Positions 50,566 to 63,535 of a stretch of 64,000 bases of DNA are shown here, piece after piece. The first letter of the stretch is position 1, and each line of letters starts with the position of its first letter. The stretch spans positions 144,813 to 208,812 of the forward strand of contig JAUCBJ010007179.1 of NCBI GenBank assembly GCA_032718475.1. Reading direction: 5' to 3'. Under the pieces are notes generated by a model that saw nothing but the letters and a program-made list of their open reading frames with translations, was not told the origin of the DNA and did not search any database. A program made the position numbers and the translations under genes. The stretch is from Nemertoderma westbladi (Eukaryota > Animalia > Xenacoelomorpha).

Positions 50566-53500
50566 AGTAGGTTCAATAAGTTGATGATTACGTACTTCAC
50601 CAATAAAGTTTTCTCAACTATGTTGAGGACAACTTACTGTACTTTACTAAAAGGCTCTCTTGTGCTTTACTGTGCTAATTTTCCTACTTTTCAGCAATTT
50701 TTATGTGTATGAATATAATAATAATTCATTTGCATTATATTTAAATTATACTGTGTTACGTTACTATACTAGTTTTGCTAGTAAAATAATAAATAATTAA
50801 CATTGATAGCTCACAATATGTGTGTTTTATTCTAGGTAAAACAAAACTTAAACTTCAAAACAATTGAATTCGTATTTATGTTTCATATTTCCATTTAGCT
50901 AAACATTGCAGAGTATTTGTTATCAGAAGAAACAGACCATCCCACAATCAATTAGCTGACATATAATATCATATATATATATTTAATTCGGACAGATATA
51001 TGGATATGGACATATGGATAGTTGGTATTAAATGAAACAGAAAGAAGATAATAGGTTAATATTGCCCAAACAGAAACATTAAAACATACACAAAAATTCA
51101 AGTTTAACATTTAGTTTACTTTTGGTTTGAGGAGTTTTCTTCACTTAGCGTTTCGGGATGCCTTGATTGAGGCAGAAAAAATCCTGTCTGTATCTTAATG
51201 TCAGTAAGGCATTATTGAGTAATCCAATCTCTCAAGTTCTGCCCATCCGTATGACCACGATGTAAGGACCAGAGAGACAGAGAAAAACTCCACAATCATG
51301 GGTGTTCTTTTGCAATGGATATGGGTGCCTGGCTATTGCCGCCTTCCAATTTGGTGATCCACCAAATTAGTGTTTCTCTATAATGTTGAACAAATTAGCC
51401 AATCGGCGAGTAGGCTGGATCAGGATTTGAAAGGGGTTAATACTGCACAGTGTATAGATTACCTGACTTGATTGCTTAGCAACAGGAAGTACGAATTATT
51501 GCAATCTTGAAAAAGAATCAGTCTTGGATCCCTGATGGAACAAGCGACTGTATTATAAATTATTGCACTGGTTACATCATATTGATCTTGCTGCAGCTTG
51601 TGAAAAAGGCTAATATCGATGCTAATATCATTCATTATCTGGGCGCCCTGTTTCTACCAATGACAATGAAGCATCTACAGTAGTGGTGGTGTAAATATTA
51701 GATCCAGTGGCAAGGCCTTTCCAGCTGTCGTCACAGGGGTGCAGTGACAGCGATGAATTTTAACAAAGAACGTGTCGTAGTGCGGCGTCCTTCCTATACA
51801 AACGTTCACCATCTCGGCACATGCTCGCCTCGCATCGGTACTGGGTTGAATGTCCGAATGAGACGAAGTGCCCGAAAGTGGCTATCATGGGTGCTTTTTT
51901 TCAGACCTTCGTCCCATTCGGGTCAACATCTACAGTATACTAATTAGCCTACGTTTACTAAATAAAACACGACAAAGGATAGGAGAAAAAGGATAGGAAT
52001 TAATGATGGAATATTTTGAGAAATGCATGCAAGGCTCATAAGCACCACTGTAACACTGATACAATGCATCCTAATTCCCTGCCTTTCTTCTTCAATTTGA
52101 TATACTGTATTACATCATTAAATTTATTTTGTTAGCAGGAGTATCACAACCTTAAATTAATTTTTAAGTATTTTACCCTACTCTTTCGCGCTCTATTTCT
52201 ACCACTATTTTAGTGGCAGAAATTAGAAACTATTTTAAAAGAAAAATAAGGCAGAAACTATTTTAGCTCAGTTGTCAGCAGAGCATGGGTGCTGTGCAAT
52301 TATTTATTGTGTTCGAGACTTTTTCGGAGCAGCAAATTCTCCTAAATTAGAATCGTTAATATTTCAATAAAAATAGATCTGATATAATCGCAGATATGGA
52401 TTTTTGTAGTAAGTTACGCTTATCACCGCATTGCATACCTTTGAAACCTGATGAAAAGGATATATTTTTGGGTTTTTATATTAATTATATAATATATTAT
52501 TATAATATACAGTATTTATTATATAATAATATAATATAGTATAATACTATAATTAATTATATTAATTATAATAATGGAATAATTGGATAATTCATCATTA
52601 ATTTTAAGAATTTGCATACAATGCTTGAAATATATAATTCGTAAAAATGGTTTATAATATGACAATATTTATACGTCATTTTAATGATAATTCTTGAAAA
52701 TACCATCGTATTGACAATTATTACAGCTGTTTCCTTTAGTGGTCCTGCAGAAGGCCTAGTGCAGTTTCAAAAAATTACGCATCCATCAATATCAGTAAAT
52801 CGTTTAATTTTTCAGATTAAATAGTGTCTACGATAAAAAATAACGTATCAGAAAGAACTCCTTGTTAATAATTTCAGTTTACCGAAATTTAGATATTCTC
52901 CCCTTGTGTATTGAGTTTTGCACTCGATGGCATTTACATGTCAAATACTTGCCAACTCCGGCAAAACTCAACACACCCGGAGATGAATAATTGAATTTCG
53001 GTCAATTAAAATTAGTGATAAACTATGCTATCCTATACTTTTTTCTTATCGACGGACATAACTTGGTTTTTTTTTTGAAAACATATTGTACTGAATGATT
53101 AAACGACTGAGTTAATTTATTAGGCACCAGTACATATAGTGTGTGGGGCGAGCCACGAAAGTAAGCGAGCTTACCATACAAAGTAAAGCATAGTAAAAAT
53201 CTTAGATACCGAGTTTGTGATACAGTAGAATCGTTCAATATTAATCTGTATCTGATAACGAACTAGCCTCGTGCTGTGCGAAGGCCCCACGAACGTGTTT
53301 TTTTTTTATATACGTTACGTATATATGTTATGGGATTAACTCTGTGTTCACTTCGACATCCCAGAAACCAATATGCAACTCTAATAGCCATTAACCATTT
53401 CGCGGCAGTTATTATTACCTACCAAAAGGGGATTGCTACCCAATAAAGTTATCAAAGCCTTGTGGCCAAACAGCTGAAACACACATTGCATTAACAATGG

Positions 53501-54166
53501 CATTTTGTTATACATTGTTATTGTTGTGTTGATGTTGATGTTGATGCTATGTTAATGTTATTATATTGTATGTATAGGCCTACCCATTGTGTATTGGGAT
53601 GTACGTACAGGGGCTGAAATAATAATAATAATGCATATTTTATTTGATTCTGCAGCGACTCTTAGGGACCGCTCTGTCTTATCAGAGCGCCGACCGGTAG
53701 CTGAGAAAAGATAGTCTTCAGTATAGATTTAAATACAGTAGTATTACAGGAGTATTTCTATCGACTAATAGAGTTGGTGCGCGAAAAATTTTTGGGCTAG
53801 AAGTAATTGAATAAGGGGTAACAATGTGCCGCCCTGCATCGATTGGCTGGGTTTGTTTTTTGGAAAAATACATGGAAACGGTCGAAATGGCGGGTTTAAG
53901 TAAAGCCGGGTAGCCAATTTTGAAAATCGGCTGTGATTGGCTGCTACATATATGACGTCACTATGCAGTGCTCTGATAATATTTTATCTTGGTTTCTATG
54001 GAGAGAGATTTTCAATCGATTAAAATACACAGTAAATCTCAATCAGTACGCATGCTGCTTATATCAATTGAATGCCGAGAGTCTTGCGCTCTTTTGACAC
54101 TATAATAACGAGATATTTGGATTTGCACCTAAACTAATAATGTCCCACTAATTTATATTATTTTAG

Positions 54167-54289
54167 ACATAAATGAATGTGACGAGGAGATTCACAATTG
54201 CGCTCAGGGTGTGACGTGTCACAATTCACATGGTAGTTTCAGCTGTAATTGCCCAATAGGATATAAGATGATTGGTGATGATTGTCAAG
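54167..54289 (+). CDS. Internal exon, cbEGF domain (DINECDEEIHNCAQGVTCHNSHGSFSCNCPIGYKMIGDDCQ)
   Basis: TTTTAG acceptor, GTATGT donor, 123 nt, phase 1-1. Confidence 0.94.
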
Positions 54290-55199
54290 GTATGTTATAC
54301 AATCAATATTGGTTTCTATCGGTCCGATATATGTTTATTAATAACCATTGTATTAGATATCCGTTCGAGCTAAAACTGATATATTTCTGTTTAATGTTTT
54401 GCTATATTTTTCATTATGAAATATTATTGCAGTATATGGTAAACAAGTTAAACGTTTGTTAGGTCAAAACCCATTCCAGCTCATTGTTCGTTTTTCGAAC
54501 AACACACAATTAAAACATAATTAAAAGCAATTAATTATAATTTACTGTGTAATTTATTGAACATATATAATAAACTAAGATTAAAATTTCATATTAACAG
54601 TTATTAACATATTAACTTTAGTGCAATACATGAAAATTATTGTTTTTTAATTTAATTAAGGGGACCATTACGATTTTAAGACCATAATTTTAATTGTATT
54701 TTTCTTAATATGTTTTCTGATTGGTAGTTTGAAATTTTGACATTCTCTCAGGCACATATATTAGTCAAGTAGACAGTACCGACCACCGTTCAAATTGGGT
54801 ATGACTGCAGTTTTTTTTGCTGAAAGTGATAACTTGTATAAACCATTTGAAATTATGTTATATTTCACATAGTCCGCATTGAGCAATTTTTTCTAGAACA
54901 CTATTTATCTTAACGACAGATGTTTTACATAGCAACAATAATGAATTATCACGCAGGGGTATATTTATTTAGACACTGGTCAATCATAAATAAGGAGAAA
55001 CCAAGCTCGAGAAAATAAAAATGTAAGGAAGAAGGAATATGTTTGCAGTTATGAGTTACAAATTTTGTAACATTGCAGTGTTATGGCAAACACTGTTACT
55101 GGTAGTGAACTTGTAATACATAAAGGCTCGATGTGCAATTTGGAGCTCATCACTGTGGCCAAGTAATGCACCGACATATTTGTCTGTCAGGAATATATG

Positions 55200-56490
55200 C
55201 TACTACTAGTATCGGCATGCTGCATTGCAGCTGCATTTTTAAGAATGCTGTGCCGGCTTGTCGACAAAATTGCGCCGCCACAACTCCCTATCACCCATGA
55301 CATTTGCTAGATCATCCGCATCTTCAAGGCCAGTGTCCTTTAAGATGCGTCTCAAGAAAGTCATGGGCTGTCCACCATGCTTATTCACTCCATGAGGCTG
55401 CCAAAGTACAAGATTATGCACTGGCTGGTCCTCACGGCGAAAGCAATGTCCTGCAAAGCGGAGGCGATTTTGTTCTAGTGTCAAGCTTGGGGGAACCAAT
55501 GAGACACCTCCAATGTTATATATATAGTGTCTGGTTGGAGATGTGTGCATTGTACTTTACACAATGAACCCGGCGTAGCATTCTTGTGAATGTGCCATCC
55601 AGAGATTTGGTGTCCTCAGCAGTTAGAGCCCAGCATGGACTCCCATAGAGGAGTACTGGAACTACTGCTGCTCTAAATAATCGGACCTTAAGTTTCCGAT
55701 TAATTCTCGGTGACTTCCAAATCCTGGAAAGCCTATTCAAGGCTGTCCATGCCTTTCCCTTTCGTATTCGAAGGTCCTCACCTGACTTCCGAATCCATGA
55801 TCCCAGGTAACAGAAGTCATCCACATGCTCAAGCATACCATCCTTTGAGCTTATGCTCATCCGGTGAGAGACTTGCTGAGCACATAAACTCCAATCAGTG
55901 GCAGCATGACATTTAAGTCGGGGTGGAACATGAGAGTAGCCTCCAACTCCAGAATCCCTCTCCCCCTCACAATCTGGCCTCCCTGGTGACCCGGGGTTTG
56001 GGCCAGAAAGGTCATCAGGAAAGGGACTCAAAGAATTGTTGGCTTCTCGCTCTCCAGTAGGGGGTGAGACAGGCAGCCGGTCAGGAGATAACTGACGCCT
56101 GTGAGGCCGATTGTGTCCGGTAATTCCACTGGCCTCTAGTGGCCGGACCTCCGCATTACTAATGTAATCCATAGTGGGGGGTTGGGGGTGCTTTTTTTGC
56201 CGAGTCAGCTCTCGGGGCAAATACCACACCCTGGTTTGCCGTTCCACAGGGTGGGTGTCGCAGTGGACTCAGATATGAGGCCCATAACCCATATCTACTC
56301 TGGCGCACATGACCCACCATTGGCTGTGCAGCTCATCTGCTGGGTCATGCCCTGTACCCCTGCTGCCAGGTGCAGGTCGCAGTGAAGTGCTCTCAGAGTG
56401 GACATGAGAACACTCTACTCCTGACCAGCCATTGGTAGATCACCATCTGCCTGGCCAGGCCATATACCCCTGCAGCCAAGTATATGGGTC
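55200..56490 (-). mobile_element. Internally deleted RTE-clade LINE (5' UTR joined to ORF C-terminus)
   Basis: LEHVDDFCYLGSWI, RIWKS..RKLKVRLFRAAVVPVLLYG..WALT, RLRFAGHCFR, DRELWR; (TAG)3 tail at ~55200; RTE-like GGAACGGCAAACCA..GTATTTGCC motif in 5' part. Confidence 0.8.
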
Positions 56491-57619
56491 CTTAATCCAG
56501 GACCAACGGCGTCCTTATCCCAGAACGAAGGGGGTCCTAGTTACAGGACCAGATTAGCCCTAGTAAGAGGGTCTATGCAGCTACAGGTGGCACCTCCTTT
56601 ATGCTGCATGGAGGTGGCAAGTTTTCTTGATCAATGACCTAGAATACCTGACCTGACCTGAGCTGGGCTGTCAGCACCCTAACTCTCGCTAGACATGTAT
56701 CCTCAAGAACTGGTGGAAAATATGTTGGAAATATGTGAATTCGAATGTGGACTTTGTGGCCGACGCATTTATGGACAGAATGGCGCAGGTTTATCCTTTT
56801 CGAAGTACTGTAGCAGTGGTTACCCAAACTGAGATGTTGTTTCTGTAAGGTGATGTCCGGTATTACCAGTGGACCGTGAAATGAAAGGTGAAAGACTGTC
56901 GATGAAACAACTTCTGCATTTGCAGTAATTACTTTTAGTTGAATGTTTGATAATATATTTATTAACACGTTATCACAGTCCTTGTTCGCACACTTGCAAT
57001 AAAAATTGAAAGCCCAATTTACAAATTGCTGCCACACATCCAACCAAAGTTTGTAGGCTATAGTGGCGGCTGCCGGCTGCATATTATCTACAGCCGCTCT
57101 CCAGAATAATACTTGCGAGCCCGCTCTTCTTATATTCATTCTTGACTGCTGCAGTTTCCTTTAATTCTAAATGTTACATCTGAAATAAATAATAGTTTCA
57201 TTATATTTTGTGCAAGATAATTCGCAATGCTAGGTTAGCTTTGCAGGAATTAAAAGTTCTAGGAATTCGAATAATATATCAATATCTGCCTTATACAATA
57301 GTAAAAAAAGCCAATCAAACAGTCGGACTGAAGGCATCTCTTCGAAGATAGGGAGGGCCTTTAGTCGCAATCAAAATTCATCCCTCTCCAGGGAAAAATC
57401 GACGCAAATAACAGCTGGTTACTCCCAAAAATAAAACTGTAACCTGTTCTATTGACTTTCGTTTATCATTTTGGTTAGAATAACGTGCCACTGTAACATG
57501 CTTCTGTCTCCCTCTTCAGTAGCTGCTACCCGAAGGTATGACTGGTGCTACTCGTATCCCAAGGTTTGTTCCCAGTAATTCAACAGGTACTCATTTTATC
57601 GACCCCAGTGAATGGAAGA

Positions 57620-58745
57620 AGGTCGAGCAGAATGAGAACCAACCTGTTGAAACTTAGAAAGACACTAAATATTGCTACAATGAACGCACGCACTCTAAAA
57701 CTGCTTAGCAAACATTATTGCAGCTCTGGCAATGGAGTATTGCATCGACATCATTTGTATTCAAGAATATCAGATTAGTCATGAGACATTGCCATCAAGT
57801 ATAATGAATGACATTTGAAATGGACGTTTATAACGTCCATCCACTTCCAGTCTGCAAATTCAGCCGAAAGCAATTCGGTCAAAGTTTCAATTGGTTGAGT
57901 ATGAATTCTCCTAAGTCCATTTACACTTCTGACACTAAACCCCATCGAATATAAAAGTTCCAGGATCATAAACTAATATAATTACAACATTTTTGGTGGG
58001 AATCACAAGACAACAGCAATGTGTTGCTACAATCCAACAAATAATGCATCAGAGACAGAACAAACAGTCAAGGACTAGAAGATTTGAAAGGGCTTATAAA
58101 GTTATTGATACCAACAAACACCACATTCGAAAAGAGTAAGGATGGACATTTAACTGCGAGGCATACAGTAGTCAGCTCGTTCAACCTAATTTGTTCGGAC
58201 CAGACCAGACTGCAGAGCTCAGACTCAGTTTGAGAGCCAGTAAACTCAGGACAAGCAAGCAAATCAACTACAGTATAACTGGGAGAAACTCAGAACTGAC
58301 AATGCAGTGAAGGAAGCTCACACAGTAGAAGTTCAAAATCGCAAGAGAGAAGATGTTAAGATACTCCTACAGTACTCCAAAGTAAAAACTGAACAACCAA
58401 CAGCCGAAGACATCAACAAGGTTGAGAAAGCTAAACAACTAGGCACCTGCCGAACTCCAAAGAAGCATTAAAAGCATGTCCAATTATAAAGCGAGTGGAT
58501 TAGGTGAAATCCCTGAAGAGGTATGGAAAACAGGAGTGCTAAAAAGACCATTTTCGGATGATTGCAACCGGATGTTAAAAGGGGAAAATCCACCACCAAT
58601 TTGGACTAAAGGTCAACTAAAGCCTCTCCCAAAGAAAGGATACCTCAGTATACCAACGAACTATCGTGGGATCTGTCTGCTTGTGGTAGCTGCTAAAATA
58701 TACAATAAAATGATTCTATATAGGATTAGGCCTCACATAGAGAAT
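57620..58745 (+). pseudogene. Decayed RTE-clade LINE fragment (APE plus start of RT)
   Basis: LNIATMNARTL, IDIICIQE, YNPTN; KASGLGEIPEEVWK, PLPKKG..TNYRGICLLVVAAKIYNKMIL. Confidence 0.8.
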
Positions 58746-59794
58746 GTTGCTCTTTTATGTTGCGTTTTATTCACATTTTTTTTATATAGGCCTATGTTAT
58801 AAACAAATAAAGTTGAAAAAATATTTCTATCATAACAAAAAAAATCTGCCATATTTAAAAAAAAAAAAAAAAAATCTGAAATATTTTTAAAAAAATACAA
58901 TAATATTGTATAAATGCTGGGTAACGGCAATATGTTCCAGAACATTTATATATATCAAAACTTAAAATAGCTACATAAAAAGTATTATAAAATGATCAAT
59001 AATGCTTGATAGGGCCGTGGTGATGGAGACGTTTTAAAATTATTTTCCAACAACAATTGTAAAGCGAAAATACCAATTTTTTTTAAATATAAGTATTATA
59101 CAATATTCTATATATTAAATGGTGGTGTAGATTTAGTATATTACCTTTAAAATTGACGTAACAACTTCGATAGAATCGGGTTCCGAAAATAGTTAGGTCT
59201 TCAAGCTCACCATCTCCCAAATCCAACGGAATCTTCAAATTTCCAGCTAATTCTTCGTATCGTGGCAATCTTGTTTCGCAAATAGCAAAAGTCCTTTCTC
59301 ATATTGCTATCGCTGCATTTTTCTAGCGTTTCCAACTTTTGGATTTTTTGGATCTATCGCCTTACATAAGGCGGTAGATCCAGATAAGGCAATCTTTCTC
59401 AAAACTAAATGTCACTATTAATCACAATATTTTTTAATTATTTTAGTCAAAGCACTCGTCGCCTCCAACTCTCTTTAAGGTTATTTTCATTGCCTAAATG
59501 TAACTTATTACTGCAATGTTTTGAATCATAAAAACATAATATTCTAGAATGTTTAATGTTGTGGGGCGAGCCACGAAGTGAGTGAGCCTTAGCGTAGTGG
59601 TACCATTAATCAACCTGTCGTTCTGTCGTTCTGTCGTTCTGTCGTGTTCAATTTTAAACGTTAATAACTCGGCCAATCTTTGATGAAATCTATCCAAACT
59701 TGGTACACATGTTGTTTGGCAAAAGTTTAGAAATTTTCCAAGTAGAATTTCCGTGTGGCCTTCGAGAAGCTAAGATAATAGCAGTTAATTAGTT

Positions 59795-61355
59795 TGTACG
59801 CGCTTTTGAAGACCTTTAGCAGTTTAACCTGCCAAAATTTATATGTCTTTTGGTTTATAAATATACTTTAGAAGAAGACAAATATTTAGTACCAATAAAC
59901 ACAACATTAGCAGAAGCCAGCTTAGTGCGCGTCCATTCACCCGCTGGATAATCCCGGGAGACTGGATTCTGTCGGCTTAAATTATTATTGCAGTGAAGCT
60001 TACTGTATTGTATTATTCGATTGATCGTTAATAATTAATTTCTGACTAATATTATTTACTTTCGGGAAATATTAACAGTTCCTTTAGGACGTGGCGCTCC
60101 ATCTAAGTAAACTGTAAAAGCTTTTGTGGGATAACTGATACGTTTGCCTTTGCTGGCCAGTTCCCCCCAGGCGCTGGAATACTCTAAAAAGGTTCTCTAA
60201 CTGTATATATATTCCCCTCGCCCGCAAGGTACCGTTACAGGTGTTTTAATGGACATAAAAGTAATTCTGCTATATACGTGTTTTGGCGGACATGGTAAGG
60301 CAAAAAACTTGTAATGCACCAACTACCTTTCACAGCTTAGCCGTGATGATTCATATTACGACATCTAACAGCTGGTTGCTGACATGGAAACAGCCATTGG
60401 ACGCGTGGTTCTTTGTTTGGCTTGAGCCAATCAGAGCGATTTTTCCTGTCGACGTGTAGCTTTTCAGCCGATCATAAGGAGAGTGTTCAGTCTTACTGTT
60501 TTTTACTTGATACTTTGTTGTTATTGCTGTCTAAGCCAGAAACACCGGCCTTTTGGGAAGAACTCTAGTAAACTGCTTAAATTATCGAAAGTATAAACTG
60601 TTACCTAACTAACTAATTAATCAATCAAATCTTAAAATATCTCAATAACTCACTATTAATCATATTGTTTGTACTGTTATTTTACCGTCAGTTAATAATT
60701 GTACCTATTTGTTGATGGAAATATTGCTCTTTGGATAATACGGATAAATCACCCAAATTCCCAATTTTCTTGATACACTACAGGTTAGAGAGACCGGCTA
60801 TACATAACAATTGCGATTTATATTAATGTGGTGTGTATTGAATCCAATGTTATTTAGCAGACCCTACGTGAGTCAATTGCTGCTCTCTTTATGTGTGATC
60901 AAATGTACTGACTGTCGGCAGAATAGTGTGTATGATTGTGATTGGTAACAAAGTATTTCCTAAAGAATACGCTTTATACTTCAATCATAAGCAGTATCGT
61001 TGCGTTTTAGTATAAGTCTTAGTTCTGTTTAAATAGATAAAGCGCCACGTCCTAAAGGAACTGTTAATATTTCCCGAAAGCCAATAATACCTGTCAGAGA
61101 TTAATTATTAACGAAATATCGAATAATACAGTAGGTATACACTGCAACCTTACACTGCAATAATAAAATTTAAGCATCCGAATTCAGTCTCCCGGGTGTA
61201 GATCCATCGGGTGAATGATCGCGCATGGGCTGACTTCGGCTAATGTTTTGTGTATTAGCATAAATTGTTGTCGTATGCTAAAGTGGTTTTAATTAACTAA
61301 AAGACATATAAATTTTGGCAGGTTAAACTGCTAAAGGTCTTCAAAAGCGCGAACA
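59795..61355. mobile_element. Non-autonomous element with ~300-bp imperfect inverted repeats
   Basis: Outer ~53 bp (CGCGCTTTTGAAGACCTTTAGCAGTTTAACCTGCCAAAATTTATATGTCTTTT) and inner ~40 bp (CTTTCGGGAAATATTAACAGTTCCTTTAGGACGTGGCGCT) perfectly inverted; TSD unclear. Confidence 0.8.
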
Positions 61356-61689
61356 GTAACAGTTTATAATCTTATTGCAGTAGGCAATAAGGTTGCAAAA
61401 TACCGTAGTGACTGGTAAAACTGAACCGGTACTCTGTAGGTCAGTAGGCCTAACTGTCATCACCGGTACCGGTGCTGCTGTACAAGTACATTAGTATTAT
61501 TCGATTTTGATTGTTGTATACCGGTAGGTCTTGGTACTTAATCAGGGAACGGCCGCCCTGATTTTTTATTTGAGATTCTACTTATTTCTGTCGGTTTTAT
61601 TTACTAGTAGGCTAATATTGAGCAGAAGGCGTGTGACCCTGCTCAGATTGTTCAGATAATTGTAGGCTGAGCTGCTGTCTGACTGTTGT

Positions 61690-62225
61690 TGAGTTTGGAG
61701 AGATTGCGGCGTATGTAGAGTTTGTCTGATAAAGTGCCGTTAGTAAGTTGGCGCAGCCATATGCGGTAAGGTCAATCCCCTCTTAAAGAATAAGTCGTAC
61801 TACCGTGTTAGAACGCATACTAACTAACAGTTTCAGAGTCTGCATATACTGTAGTTTATCTAGGCTTGATCGTAGTCTGCCAGTGTTTTAGCCTGTGTTT
61901 GTTTGTGTGGTCTGTTCAGGTACCGTAATAGTTATTACTCAAATATTTGTAGGCTGGATTGTTGTCTAGCTATTTTTGGGTCTGAAGGGATTGCTGCGTG
62001 TGTAGAGTTGGTCTGATCAAGTGCCGTTAGTAAGTTGGGGCAGCCATAAGCGGTAAGGTCAATCCCCTCTTAAAGAGTAAGTCGTACTACCGTGTTAGAA
62101 CGCATACTAACTAACAGTTTCAGAATCTGCACATACAGTAGTTTGTTTAGGCTTAATAGTAGTCTGCCAGCGTTTGGTTTGTATTTGTTTGAGTATTCTG
62201 TACGGGTAGCGTAATATTTATTATT
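61690..62225. repeat. 287-bp tandem duplication (2 diverged copies)
   Basis: TAGTAAGTTGG..CGGTAAGGTCAATCCCCTCTTAAAGA at 61741 and 62028. Confidence 0.88.
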
Positions 62226-63535
62226 CAGAGTTTATGCGATTATTCGCAACATTCATGTCCCCAAGTTTATTCCTACAGTAATTGTGCTTGTTATACATAC
62301 CGTTATAGTTAAACTAACCCCGGTACTACATCAGGGCTGCTTGGCGTAGGTAAAGACTGACGACTTTGTGCTTCGGTCACTCCAGCAGATGCCTTGGTTC
62401 TTTTAACTGTTCAAGTATATTTAACTACTGATTATTTGTTATACCGGTACTTGTACCTAATTTAGGGTTTAGTGTACAGTGCTTTCCGAAGTAATTAGTG
62501 TAGGCAGTATATTTGTGTTGTAAAGTGGTTGATAGGCACATTCGTTAGCTCTATTAGCTTCTGGGTAGGAACAATCCGTGATACATAACGTAGTACCTAT
62601 AGCGATACGGTTATAGGTCGTCAGGCGGTGGTATTTTCCTATCTGGACAACGCAGTATATTTACTACTACTTATTATTTAAATACCGTAGTACCCTGTCC
62701 TTTGTAATAACCAGAAATCTAACCCTTTGTTGGACTGGTTTGTAGACTTCCTGTAAAATTACCCTCAAAATTTCGTACGTAATATTTTGTTGTGTTTAAT
62801 TAGAGAATTAATCTCACCCGTATCGTAAGTAATTTGTAGTATTAAGTAACTTAGGTAAATTAGAATTATCAGTTTTAGTGTCAAATAAATAGCACTTCAC
62901 TTAGAGGCGTTCAGCTTCTGTGTAGTGACTCCCCCAGAAATAATAACATTTGTTTTAAATATTGACAAAAACCCATGTAACGGGTATATAAATATTATAA
63001 ATCAACTCAAACGATTTATAAATAGTAGGCCTGCCATACGACAACTAGGTCTCACTATCAGTTGGACTACTGCTTAAATAACGGTAATAAAGTAAGTTAA
63101 AGTAACTAAGTAACCCTAAAATATTCAGGAATTCAATTATTCTAAAAATAATTGACATACCGGTACTTACCATAGGCTTATTATATTTATTTCTATAAAT
63201 TTGAGCTGAAATCATACCGGTACTCTGTAATTAATTCTAGTTCATAATTATACTTACATGCTGTAAGTGTAAGCTGTATACCGGTATTCATTATAGGCCT
63301 ACTATATATATATATATATTTGTGCTAAAATTATATACCGGTACTCTGTGACAAATCTAGTCTGTAATAATACTTATATATTATAAGCATACCGGTATTC
63401 TAATATATTGTGTATATATCACGTTACACCGAGTAACGGTACCGGTAATAAATCGCTAGGCTTGCGGTCATACTGAATTACTAGACTTGCTTTAACTGAA
63501 AATATAGTAGTAGACATTCAACTGTATAACTAAAC

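Noticed and set aside
15360-54289. Naming the gene fibrillin (FBN)
   Set aside because: Only cbEGF repeats are visible; no TB, hybrid or other diagnostic domain in the window
56639-57139. 166-aa minus-strand ORF
   Set aside because: No recognisable motifs; probably decayed repeat sequence
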